NCBI GenBank assembly: GCA_964367065.1
Contig: CAYIWI010000002.1
Location: 1-49,658 of the forward strand
Origin: an uncultured Gammaproteobacteria bacterium
Lineage (GTDB): Bacteria > Patescibacteriota > Microgenomatia > UBA10105 > UBA927
DNA length: 49,658 bases
Reading direction: 5' to 3'
The notes under the pieces were generated by a model, which was not told where the DNA came from, searched no databases, and worked only from the letters and a program-made list of their open reading frames with translations. Numbering within the stretch: position 1 is the stretch's first letter; each line of letters begins with the position of its first letter. Below are positions 1-8,381 of this stretch, piece after piece. Made by a program: the position numbers and the translations under genes.

Positions 1-330
1 GCGGCACCCGAGCAACTCGTGCCCAACATGTCCGTGAGCGCTACGATTATAACCGCGACCAAAGAGAGTGTTCTGGTCGTTCCCTCTGCGGCCATCCGCC
101 AGCAAGGCAGCCAGTCAACGGTTCGAGTCCTGGTGCGCGCCAGCGCTGAGGAGGTACCCGTGGAGACGGGCTTGACATCCGATACGCAGACGGAAATTAT
201 CTCCGGGATCAGTGAAGGAGATACGGTGGTGACGGGCGAAAACGGTTCGGCAAGCTCCACGAGCACGTCTTCTCCATTTGGCGTTCGTTTCGGTGGGTTT
301 GGCGGTGGTACCATGCGCACCGGCCGATAA
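1..330 (+). CDS. efflux transporter periplasmic adaptor subunit (HlyD/MacA family), C-terminal fragment; 5' end lies outside the window
   Basis: The frame is open from nt 1 into ORF 19..330. The C-terminal segment (VLVVPSAAI..VRVLV..VETGLTSD.QTEIISGISEGDTVV) looks like an adaptor beta-barrel and is followed by a Gly/Ser tail. It sits directly upstream of a MacB-like ATPase and FtsX permease. Confidence 0.6.
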   Translation, partial: AAPEQLVPNMSVSATIITATKESVLVVPSAAIRQQGSQSTVRVLVRASAEEVPVETGLTSDTQTEIISGISEGDTVVTGENGSASSTSTSSPFGVRFGGFGGGTMRTGR

Positions 331-340
331 CCAGCTTACC

Positions 341-1018
341 ATGATCCACGTCGCCCATATATCCAAAGTATACGATAAAGATCTCGTACAGACGACTGCG
401 CTTGCCGATGTTTCCTTTGATGTTAGCGACGGAGAGTTTGTCGCCATCATGGGTCCTTCCGGCTCGGGCAAGTCAACCCTGATGCACATCTTAGGCGCAC
501 TGGATGTCCCTACCAGCGGAACGTACACGATCGGCGGAAAGGAAATCAGAACATGCACGGAAGAGGAACTGGCCAAAATCAGAAATAAAAACATCGGCTT
601 TGTGTTTCAGGCGTATAACCTGCTTCCCCGAACGACTGCTCTGGCAAACGTGATGCTTCCCATGATCTACGGGGGCGTTTCAAAGGAGAAACGGGTTCCT
701 TTGGCCGCAAAACTGCTTGCTGATGTGGGTCTGGGTGACCGCATGCATCACAAATCCAATGAGCTTTCCGGCGGCCAGCAGCAGCGGGTCGCCATCGCCC
801 GCGCCCTTGCAATGAACCCGTCGATCCTGCTTGCCGACGAGCCGACCGGCAACCTCTCCACACAGCAGGGAGAGGAGATTATCGCAATTTTTCAGAAACT
901 CAATGCCCAGGGGCATACCATCGTCATGATTACCCATGAAGCGTATATTGCCAGCCACGCCAAACGCATCATCCACCTGAAAGACGGGAAGATTGTGGGA
1001 GATACAAAAATTCATTAA
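341..1018 (+). CDS. ABC transporter ATP-binding protein (MacB/LolD-like)
   Basis: Walker [10 protein letters not shown], signature [14 protein letters not shown] and Walker [10 protein letters not shown] are present. I moved the start to ATG 341 ([11 protein letters not shown]), because the ORF-track start at 278 overlaps the upstream gene. Confidence 0.92.
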   Translation: MIHVAHISKVYDKDLVQTTALADVSFDVSDGEFVAIMGPSGSGKSTLMHILGALDVPTSGTYTIGGKEIRTCTEEELAKIRNKNIGFVFQAYNLLPRTTALANVMLPMIYGGVSKEKRVPLAAKLLADVGLGDRMHHKSNELSGGQQQRVAIARALAMNPSILLADEPTGNLSTQQGEEIIAIFQKLNAQGHTIVMITHEAYIASHAKRIIHLKDGKIVGDTKIH

Positions 1019-1020
1019 CT

Positions 1021-2247
1021 ATGGAATACAGAGAGCTTGTTGGCTCGGCACTGGAAGCACTGGCGGCGAATAAAATGCGCACGGCGCTGGCGACACTGGG
1101 CATCATCATCGGTATTGCCGCAGTGATCACCCTCGTCTCATTGGGTCAGGCAGGCCAGGTGTCGGTGGAGGCGCAGATTCAGTCGCTCGGGTCCAATCTT
1201 CTGACCGTCATTCCCGGCGCGTTCCGTCCGGGTGATTTCCGCAGTGCGTCGGGTACCGCCACCACCCTCACACTTGAAGATGCGTTGGCAATCCGGGATA
1301 CACTCGCAGGCCGGGGCGTAACGAACGTGTCGGCGGAGCTTCTGCGCCGGGCGGCGGTGGTGACCGGAAAGCGCACGACCAACACCCAGGTAGTGGGCGT
1401 CATGCCCAATTACCAGAGTATCCGAAAAGTGGAACTAACTAGCGGAGCATTTATTTCCCAATCGGACCTCACGGCGCAGTCGAAAGTCGCCGTGTTGGGA
1501 CCCACGGTGGTCACGGATCTTTTCGGTGAAGGAGCACATCCGGTCGGAGCATCGGTGCGCATTAACAAAACGAGTTTCAAAGTGATCGGAACGACCGTTG
1601 CCAAAGGAGGTTCCGGATTCGGCGGGAACCAGGATGACACGGTGTTCGTGCCGTTATCCACGGCCCAAAAACAACTGTTTGGGGTCTCGTACGTCGGGTC
1701 AATTTCGGTGGAGGTGACGAAGAAGGAAGAGATGGAGGGCATACGAACCGAAATCGGCTACCTCCTCTTGTCGCGTCACAAAATACAGAATGCGCAAAAT
1801 GCAGATTTCTCTATTTTTTCGCAACAGGATATTTTGGGAGCTGCCGCACAGATCACCGGCACGTTTACCGCACTCTTGTCGGGCATTGCGGCCATTTCGC
1901 TTTTGGTCGGAGGCATCGGCATCATGAACATCATGCTTGTGACCGTGATTGAGCGCACGCGGGAAATCGGCCTTCGCAAGGCACTCGGTGCAACACCGCG
2001 CGTGATCGTTAGTCAATTTTTAATTGAATCCGTTCTGCTGACCGTCGTGGGAGGAATTTTGGGCATGCTGTTGGGAATTGCGCTGTCCTTTACCATCGCA
2101 CTGGTTATTCATTTGCCCTTCACCGTCTCCCCCGCCGCGGTTATGCTGGCAATCGTCGTATCCGGGGGCATCGGAATTCTTTTCGGATGGTATCCTGCGC
2201 AGAAAGCTGCAAAACTCTCGCCCATTGAAGCATTGCGGTACGAGTGA
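1021..2247 (+). CDS. ABC transporter permease, MacB/FtsX family
   Basis: It has an N-terminal TM, a large periplasmic MacB_PCD-like domain and a C-terminal FtsX 3-TM block (ERTREIGLRKALGA). It starts 3 nt after the ATPase gene. Confidence 0.9.
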   Translation: MEYRELVGSALEALAANKMRTALATLGIIIGIAAVITLVSLGQAGQVSVEAQIQSLGSNLLTVIPGAFRPGDFRSASGTATTLTLEDALAIRDTLAGRGVTNVSAELLRRAAVVTGKRTTNTQVVGVMPNYQSIRKVELTSGAFISQSDLTAQSKVAVLGPTVVTDLFGEGAHPVGASVRINKTSFKVIGTTVAKGGSGFGGNQDDTVFVPLSTAQKQLFGVSYVGSISVEVTKKEEMEGIRTEIGYLLLSRHKIQNAQNADFSIFSQQDILGAAAQITGTFTALLSGIAAISLLVGGIGIMNIMLVTVIERTREIGLRKALGATPRVIVSQFLIESVLLTVVGGILGMLLGIALSFTIALVIHLPFTVSPAAVMLAIVVSGGIGILFGWYPAQKAAKLSPIEALRYE

Positions 2248-3597
2248 TCACCGCTCGGGATGCCGGCGGATGGTGTAGGTTATGGGGTAGTAAAGAAACA
2301 CCGCGGGCACATCCTCCATGAGCCGTTTTTGAAAATCCACATACAGGTTTTTTCTTTTTTCCCGGTCCCCTTCCTGGCGTGCGTCTTCCAGAAGTTTATC
2401 GATTTTTGCATTTGCATAGCCGGTGATGTTGGTTTTGGCCGATGCCTGGGTTGAGTGCCAAAATGCGTACTGATCCGGATCCGGCGGGATATCTATGGCA
2501 GTGACGATGACCTGGTAGTCGGAGGGGATGGTGCGCTCGACGCGGACAGCGGTGGAGAGTCCGAGGGCTGACCAGCGGCCGGCAATGACCTGGGCCAGAT
2601 CGACATACGAAGGAAATGTCGTGATGGTGACGGAAGAAGTTGTGGCCACGAGGCTGCTCTCGAACAATTTTTTTGCTCGGGGAACATCCTCATCATAGAT
2701 GCGCACGCTATCGGTGTAGGCCCACGACGTTTTGCTTATGGGAGAAATAGCCTGTTCCTCCCGCTGCCGCGGTATGCTGTATGCCAGTGCCTGGCGCAGG
2801 AGTTTTTCTTTAAGGATCGTGTCCCGCATGTTAAAAAATACGCCGACGATGCGCCGGTACGAAACGTGCTGGTCCACCTGCGGGGTGCCCCATTGAAGAA
2901 GCGGATCCTTGGAGCTCACACCCTCCAGCACATCCACATCTCCTAATTTATAGGCGAGGATGGCTGCGGCTTCCGTGTGGTAGAACCGGAATTCATACGC
3001 GGGTCCCTCTTGCTTGCCAACGGGGACAAGCTTGAGATATTCTACGGCGTCCCCTTTGAGCCGAATTGCGGCAACGCGATAGTCTCCCACACCGATGAGG
3101 CCTCTTCGGAACAAGGGCTTGGATACGACGGTTTCAAACGGACCGTACGCAGCCGGAAGCTGGACGCGAAGGGTTGTTTCGTCAACCGGAGTGAACGTGA
3201 CGTCGCGTATGTTATAGTTAATGTCGGAAGCGGTAAGTTTTTTCCCATCATGCCAGGCAGTCTCAGGATTCAGGTGAAAGACATACGTTTTGCCCGAGTC
3301 CGTCGCTTCCCATCTGGTCGCCACCGCCGCCGCGGCGGATCCGTCAGCGGTGAGCCGGGTAAGCCCGATGCTGACGCGGCGCTGAATTTCCTCAGGCAGC
3401 GTGGTGGGAGTAAATTCCCCGACGATGCCGATGCGCTCAACACGAACGGACGCACGAAAAAATGCCAACGGTTGGGCGCGCGCTGCTAAAAACGCAAGAC
3501 TAATTCCCAGTAGGCACCCGGCAGCAATTGCTTTCCAATACTTACGGCTCAGTTCGGATATGAGCCACCAGAAGAATCGTCCGCGACCAAGCAACAC
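2248..3597 (-). CDS. ABC-type substrate-binding protein, family 5 (peptide/nickel-like), with N-terminal membrane anchor
   Basis: SBP_bac_5-like motifs are present (GKTYVFHLNPETAWHDGKKLTASDINYNI; DPDQYAFWHS), along with an N-terminal hydrophobic helix. No cognate permease is adjacent. Confidence 0.7.
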   Translation of the reverse strand: MLLGRGRFFWWLISELSRKYWKAIAAGCLLGISLAFLAARAQPLAFFRASVRVERIGIVGEFTPTTLPEEIQRRVSIGLTRLTADGSAAAAVATRWEATDSGKTYVFHLNPETAWHDGKKLTASDINYNIRDVTFTPVDETTLRVQLPAAYGPFETVVSKPLFRRGLIGVGDYRVAAIRLKGDAVEYLKLVPVGKQEGPAYEFRFYHTEAAAILAYKLGDVDVLEGVSSKDPLLQWGTPQVDQHVSYRRIVGVFFNMRDTILKEKLLRQALAYSIPRQREEQAISPISKTSWAYTDSVRIYDEDVPRAKKLFESSLVATTSSVTITTFPSYVDLAQVIAGRWSALGLSTAVRVERTIPSDYQVIVTAIDIPPDPDQYAFWHSTQASAKTNITGYANAKIDKLLEDARQEGDREKRKNLYVDFQKRLMEDVPAVFLYYPITYTIRRHPER

Positions 3598-3608
3598 CCT
3601 GACCTCCT

Positions 3609-3827
3609 TTATGTGCGAATGATGAGGTTTGCAATCGATGTAATGAAAAAGAGAATGGCAAACAGAATGGTGGCGCTAAACAGAACCTTTTCCGCTCCCC
3701 GTTTGGTGCGATAGAATTCTCCTCCGCCCCAGGCGCTGCCGAGGCCCCCTTTACTGTTTTGAAGCAGTATACAGGCGATGAGGGCGATGGTTATGACGAT
3801 GTGACTCACTAAAAGAATGGTACCCAT
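3609..3827 (-). CDS. secG: preprotein translocase subunit SecG
   Basis: A 72-aa two-TM protein with the SecG signature LLQ.SKGGLG..WGGG. A GGAGGG site lies 4 nt upstream of the ATG. Confidence 0.85.
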   Translation of the reverse strand: MGTILLVSHIVITIALIACILLQNSKGGLGSAWGGGEFYRTKRGAEKVLFSATILFAILFFITSIANLIIRT

Positions 3828-3840
3828 AAAACCCTCCTAT

Positions 3841-4836
3841 CTAGAGAATATTGATAAGCACCTGACTTAAGCGTTCGCTATCGTGCCGGATGAGACTTCG
3901 GACAAGCGGATCACTTTTCGACTTCGATACCTCCACGGGACTGGCCACTGGCGCCCGTACGACGGCATAATATGCGCGGCTGGGCAGGTCATCTACGACG
4001 GGTTGCTCATGATATTTGGCATAGACGGAAAGCGCCCGTTTGGGGATTGCGGCGGTATTGACGATTGCACAATCGATGGATCTGCCGATGAAACGCTCCA
4101 GTGTCCGGATGTGATCGGAGGCGGTAAAGTTATACGTTTGCCCGTATTTCGTCATCAGATTGACGACGTATACAATGGTAGCGCGGGCCCGCGCGAGCGC
4201 AGCAGATATGCCGTCAACCAGCAGGTTGGGCACCAGACTGGTGTACATATCCCCCGGGCCCAGAACCACAAGATCCGCCTCCCGGATGGCGCGGGTTGCC
4301 TCGGGATTGGCAGACGCCTTGGGGTGAAGACGCACATCGACGATTTTCAATTTACCATCGTGGCGCGGTTCATCAATGAGGTGTTCCTCGGCGATGACCT
4401 GTCCGTCCTCGTAGGTAGCTAAGAGGTTCGTATCGGTAAACGACACGGGTATGACGGTGCCCCGAATGCGCAGCACCCGGCCGGTTTGGCGGATAGCCTC
4501 GGCTTGGGAGCCCAAAATATCAGACAGAGCCGCCATGAATAAATTCCCAAACGTCATGCCGCGCAATCCCCTGCCGCGGGCGAAGCGGTACATGAAGAGT
4601 TTCCGAAGCAGCCCCACGCCGCCGTTTTCTTCGGAAAGAGCCACGAAGCACTGCCGGATATCGCTGGTCGGCAGGAGGCCAAACTCGTCCCGCAGCCGTT
4701 TGTTGCTGCCGCCCGAGTCAGCCATCGTGACAATGGCGGAAAGGTGGTGCGGATATTGTTTGAGACCCTTGAGGACCACAAACGTGCCGGTTCCTCCGCC
4801 GATGGTTACAATGCGTTTTATTTTTCTTTTGCCCAT
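3841..4836 (-). CDS. yvcK: YvcK/CofD-family protein (gluconeogenesis factor-like, UPF0052)
   Basis: The N-terminal IVTIGGGTGTFVVLKGLK motif is present and the protein looks YvcK-like across its full length. Confidence 0.85.
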   Translation of the reverse strand: MGKRKIKRIVTIGGGTGTFVVLKGLKQYPHHLSAIVTMADSGGSNKRLRDEFGLLPTSDIRQCFVALSEENGGVGLLRKLFMYRFARGRGLRGMTFGNLFMAALSDILGSQAEAIRQTGRVLRIRGTVIPVSFTDTNLLATYEDGQVIAEEHLIDEPRHDGKLKIVDVRLHPKASANPEATRAIREADLVVLGPGDMYTSLVPNLLVDGISAALARARATIVYVVNLMTKYGQTYNFTASDHIRTLERFIGRSIDCAIVNTAAIPKRALSVYAKYHEQPVVDDLPSRAYYAVVRAPVASPVEVSKSKSDPLVRSLIRHDSERLSQVLINIL

Positions 4837-5241
4837 CTAATCCTCGCTTACTTTATGAAGCATATTGGTGATGATGGTAATCAACAGTGAGGAAGCAACG
4901 AGTGCCACGGAGTAGGTGAGATGAACCGAAGGCGCGATAAATCCCAACCCCGATAGTCCCGGGAACGTCCAGGGGGCAATGGTGACGTCGGGAACCAGGA
5001 TGGTTAAAAGATATATGACAATGACGTTGATAAGCCACGAGACAAGGCCGAAGGTAATAATATTGAGGGGGATGAAGAGAATGGAGAGGATCGGTTTGAC
5101 GATAAGAAGGAGGAGGCTCAGCACTGCTCCTGCCAAAAAAAGTACCGGCCAGCCGCCGGAAATACGGATGGTCGGCAAGAGTTGGGCGGCAAACCACAGG
5201 CCAAACACGTTGAATACAAAGACCCGCAGAAGATACTTCAT
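4837..5241 (-). CDS. small 4-TM membrane protein, phage-holin-family-4/YvlD-like (DUF360)
   Basis: A 134-aa protein with four hydrophobic helices and the family-typical IVKPILSILFIPLNIITFGL segment. Its start overlaps the uvrC stop by 4 nt. No other phage genes are nearby. Confidence 0.6.
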   Translation of the reverse strand: MKYLLRVFVFNVFGLWFAAQLLPTIRISGGWPVLFLAGAVLSLLLLIVKPILSILFIPLNIITFGLVSWLINVIVIYLLTILVPDVTIAPWTFPGLSGLGFIAPSVHLTYSVALVASSLLITIITNMLHKVSED

Positions 5242-6587
5242 GTGGGCTCAATCGTATCAAATCCGCGGGATCGAAGCAACTTGTGGTAGGACAGGGCGAA
5301 GCGGTGGGCCTCATCGCGGATGCGCTCAAGGACATGAAGGCCGGGGTTGGTTGCCCCCAACCGGAGTGTTTTCCAGCGGCCGTGCGGGAGCGGGACGATA
5401 ACTTCTTCAAAGCGTTTCGCAAGACCGACGATAGGAAGCGTATGGTTCAATTGTTGCATTGCTTTCATTGCTGCGGAGACCTGTGGTTTTCCCCCATCAA
5501 TAACCAAAAGGTCAGGGAATGGCCATTCTTGGTGAGATAATCTTCGGGTAATAACTTCTGCCATCATGGCAACGTCGTTTGGTCCGCCAGCTGGCGGATT
5601 GCGACGTATGCGAAATCGTTTGTACTGACTTGTATCCTTATTACCGTTGGTCAGTACCACCAATGACCCCGTGGCAAAGGTTCCGGCAATGTTGGAGATA
5701 TCAACGCATTCGATGCGAGTTGCGCGAGTAAGCTCGGGAATATACGGCGCAAGAATTACCAATAAACCATCAAGCTCCGTTTTTCTAATATCCTCGATTG
5801 CCGTATCACTTTCCACATAGACCATAGGATCGTACGATTTTTGGAGAAGTCGGGAGAGATGTTGTATGTGATTGCGGATCTTTTCTGCTTCTTCAAACTG
5901 CTGGTGAGCAGCCAATGTTTGCATCTGTTTGGTAAGATCGCTGGTGACACGGCCGGATTTGCCGGACAATATCTGCTTCAGCCGGAAAATATTGGTCCGG
6001 TATTCATGCACCAGCGCGGTCTTGGTTTCCCCCTCTTTCAGACCAACGATAACGGACGGGCATGGTGTACACAGGCCCAGGTGCGTATAAAAGCACGGGT
6101 TACCGGTTCGGCGTTTTTGGGTGCAATACGGTATCGTGTGCCGCAGGTGGTGCAGCATCGCTCGGACAACGGTTGCAGACGGAAACGGCCCGAACAACGC
6201 ATCGTTTCTTTTGAGCTTCTTGGGAATGTCTGTGCGCCGAACCGTGCGCACGTGGGGCAGTTCTTCGGAGAGCGTTATGAGGACATACAACGGACTTTTA
6301 TCGTCTTTGAGAGCGACATTATACTTCGGCGCAAGGTCATGGATAAGCTTTGCCTCAAGAAGCAGCGCGTCAAACTCACTGGCCGTGTGTATGGTTTCAA
6401 TATCGGCAATTTGCGAAACGAGCAATTGTGTTTTTGGGCCGATGGCGTCCCGCACCCAGTATTGGGAAACGCGCTTTTTGAGATCCTTTGCCTTGCCAAC
6501 GTAGAGGACCCGCCCGGTTTGGCTGCGATAGAGGTACACACCCGGTGTGTGCGGGAGGCGGGCAATTAGCGTTTGAAGATCTTCCAT
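5238..6587 (-). CDS. uvrC: excinuclease ABC subunit C, short form lacking the C-terminal (HhH)2 domain
   Basis: It has a GIY-YIG N-terminus (PGVYLYRSQTGRVLYVGKAKDLKKRVSQY), a UVR motif (QQFEEAEKIRNHIQHL) and an RNase-H-like endonuclease region (IECVDISN...RDEAHRFA). The protein is 449 aa and ends at ...FDTIEPT. Confidence 0.9.
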   Translation of the reverse strand: MEDLQTLIARLPHTPGVYLYRSQTGRVLYVGKAKDLKKRVSQYWVRDAIGPKTQLLVSQIADIETIHTASEFDALLLEAKLIHDLAPKYNVALKDDKSPLYVLITLSEELPHVRTVRRTDIPKKLKRNDALFGPFPSATVVRAMLHHLRHTIPYCTQKRRTGNPCFYTHLGLCTPCPSVIVGLKEGETKTALVHEYRTNIFRLKQILSGKSGRVTSDLTKQMQTLAAHQQFEEAEKIRNHIQHLSRLLQKSYDPMVYVESDTAIEDIRKTELDGLLVILAPYIPELTRATRIECVDISNIAGTFATGSLVVLTNGNKDTSQYKRFRIRRNPPAGGPNDVAMMAEVITRRLSHQEWPFPDLLVIDGGKPQVSAAMKAMQQLNHTLPIVGLAKRFEEVIVPLPHGRWKTLRLGATNPGLHVLERIRDEAHRFALSYHKLLRSRGFDTIEPT

Positions 6588-8353
6588 AGGACGACGACGG
6601 CTGCGATAGCGACGACGACCAGCGGAATAAACAGCACATACGTTGGCGCGATATCGAAAAAGCTGGTGGTTGTGGCATCGCCAACGCGTACGCCGATCGT
6701 TCCGCGGCGTGCAGCGGTACCTGCCGGAACTGTCAAATTGAGCGGGATGGTGATCGCGCCGTAGGGAGGGACAACAGAAAAAGTTTTGTCGTAGGTCAGA
6801 TCAACCGGCGTTGCCTGCAGGGAAACCGAAACGTCCCGCACCGCGGCTTGTCCGGTATTTTGTATCACGACCGATCCTTGCTGGGGCACACCTGCGGTAA
6901 CTTTTTTGGGGAACACAATGGTGGTCGTGAGTGCTGGGGTTGCAGGGACGGCGGATCCCTGGGCAAAGCCGACGAGCACGTCCTTGCCCTGTTTTCCCTC
7001 CTTGCGATACGATCCGGGCGGCAGGGGCGTGGTGCTTGATTTACCGTGGTTGACAAAGGCAACGTGGTTGAAATCCAGCTTGTCGAAATAATTAATTCCT
7101 CCGGTTGTTTTTCCCCACGTCGGGTCAACGGGGATCCAAATGCTCTTTTCACTATCGTAATACTCCGGCCATGCGTGCAACACATCAGCCACAAAGGACA
7201 GGGGCCGCAGCGTCGCGTTGTTGGTGTAGGCGTACCCGACCACCTCGCGTGCGGGTATGCCTGCTGCGCGGGCCATCGCGACAAACAAATCGGTAAATTC
7301 CATGCAGAGAGAATTTGCCGGAGACGCCAGCGCTGCCACGGCTCCTTTGCGGATCGGGTTTTGCTTCACCCGGCTGTCATCATAGGAAAGTGTGCCAACG
7401 ACGTAATCATAGATTTCCCGCGGTGTCCGATACTGGTTGGCGAGGCTGATGATTTTTGGGTTTTGTGTTTCCCAGTACTGGTCGCTGACGAGGTATTCGT
7501 TGGGATTAATGAACTCCCGGTATCCCTCTTTGGCAGACAACGTGACTGCTGCGGTGGCGTACACGGTGATATCCAGCGACGCGTTGGGTGCAAGCTGATA
7601 CTCAGCAAGCCAATTGCCATCAGAGTCAGCGGTGACGGAGAGGGGTTTGGGCGTGATATCAGAGACGGTAATGGTTTGATATGCAGTATCCGGAGGGAGA
7701 GCTATATGAGCCGTGGAAGGCGTAACGCCGGGGTTTTCTATGTGATACGAAAGCGCCATGGAGAAAAACTGTCTGGTGCCGTATGCCGCGCTTATGCCGC
7801 CGCGGGTAAGCTGCGCCTTGGTCCAGGTGTTGGCAGCCCCCGGAGCCGGAACCATGTACGCATTTGGCCCGAAAGACTCCGGAGTTGACAGGTTTACGGA
7901 ATAGGAGCCGATGTCCGGATCATCCGTGACGCCCGGGATGTTCACTTCCCAGATGCTTCCGTTCTTTTGCGCAATGTCGCCGTTTTCGAAGCGCAGGGTA
8001 AACTGCATGGTTTTCCCCAGGCCCACGACCTGTTCGTTGAAGGTCAGAAGAATTTCGGTTTTTCCGTCTTTTTGGCTGATGGCCGGTGAGATGGGTCCGC
8101 CGCCATCGTATGCGATGATATTTTTAAGGTGGACGGAATCGATGAGGATGGCGTACTTCTTGGGGTACAGGTTGGACAGCTTATTGGTAAGAGCTATGTT
8201 TTGCGTAACGATGGTGGTGCCGCCGGGAGAAATCGAGTACTGTACGTTGTAATCTGCGCGGAATTCTCCCGCCGCAAGCACCAGCGGCGCAATAAACAAA
8301 TAAACGAATAAACTAATAAACGAATAAACGAATGTGAAAAAAATCTTTTTCAT
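6566..8353 (-). CDS. transglutaminase-like domain protein with N-terminal signal/anchor and C-terminal TM anchor
   Basis: The transglutaminase core is present: C..F...ARAAGIPAR.V.GY, then HAWPEYY, then WIPVDPTW. The N-terminus and C-terminus are both hydrophobic. Confidence 0.75.
   Translation of the reverse strand: MKKIFFTFVYSFISLFVYLFIAPLVLAAGEFRADYNVQYSISPGGTTIVTQNIALTNKLSNLYPKKYAILIDSVHLKNIIAYDGGGPISPAISQKDGKTEILLTFNEQVVGLGKTMQFTLRFENGDIAQKNGSIWEVNIPGVTDDPDIGSYSVNLSTPESFGPNAYMVPAPGAANTWTKAQLTRGGISAAYGTRQFFSMALSYHIENPGVTPSTAHIALPPDTAYQTITVSDITPKPLSVTADSDGNWLAEYQLAPNASLDITVYATAAVTLSAKEGYREFINPNEYLVSDQYWETQNPKIISLANQYRTPREIYDYVVGTLSYDDSRVKQNPIRKGAVAALASPANSLCMEFTDLFVAMARAAGIPAREVVGYAYTNNATLRPLSFVADVLHAWPEYYDSEKSIWIPVDPTWGKTTGGINYFDKLDFNHVAFVNHGKSSTTPLPPGSYRKEGKQGKDVLVGFAQGSAVPATPALTTTIVFPKKVTAGVPQQGSVVIQNTGQAAVRDVSVSLQATPVDLTYDKTFSVVPPYGAITIPLNLTVPAGTAARRGTIGVRVGDATTTSFFDIAPTYVLFIPLVVVAIAAVVVLWKIFKR
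8291..8333 (-). repeat. five tandem 8-nt units (plus strand AATAAACN; coding strand TT[C/A/T]GTTTA) inside the signal-peptide codons of the transglutaminase-like gene
   Basis: Read directly from the plus strand: aataaaca aataaacg aataaact aataaacg aataaacg aat. An A7 run follows at 8337..8343. Confidence 0.9.
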
Positions 8354-8381
8354 TAGGTTATTGGATTATTCGATTATTAGC

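Noticed and set aside
278-340. ORF-track N-terminal extensions for the macB-like ATPase (278), lexA (13424, TTG), rsmI (14721), carB (46418), uvrA (11318, GTG), the HExxH peptidase (27686), the glycosyltransferase (30310, TTG) and the wHTH ORF (37987, TTG).
   Set aside because: These extensions overlap upstream genes, a tRNA, promoters or a terminator, and they add residues not seen in canonical N-termini. Internal ATGs give textbook N-termini ([62 protein letters not shown]).
4837-5241. A 'phage holin family' membrane protein as a possible prophage marker.
   Set aside because: No capsid, tail, terminase, integrase, lysin or repressor genes are nearby. The gene is translationally coupled to uvrC and yvcK. 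This family (DUF360/YvlD-like) is commonly chromosomal.
7046-7888. Long ORFs antisense to well-supported genes, for example 7046..7888 (+), 22446..23216 (+), 33302..34081 (-), 35844..36719 (+), 5841..6569 (+) and 48759..49655 (+).
   Set aside because: Each lies entirely inside, and opposite to, a gene with clear family motifs (transglutaminase, ppsA, P-type ATPase, pyrG, uvrC, atpD). Their translations are Arg/Gly/Ser-rich with no recognisable motifs. This is typical of shadow ORFs in moderately GC-rich DNA.
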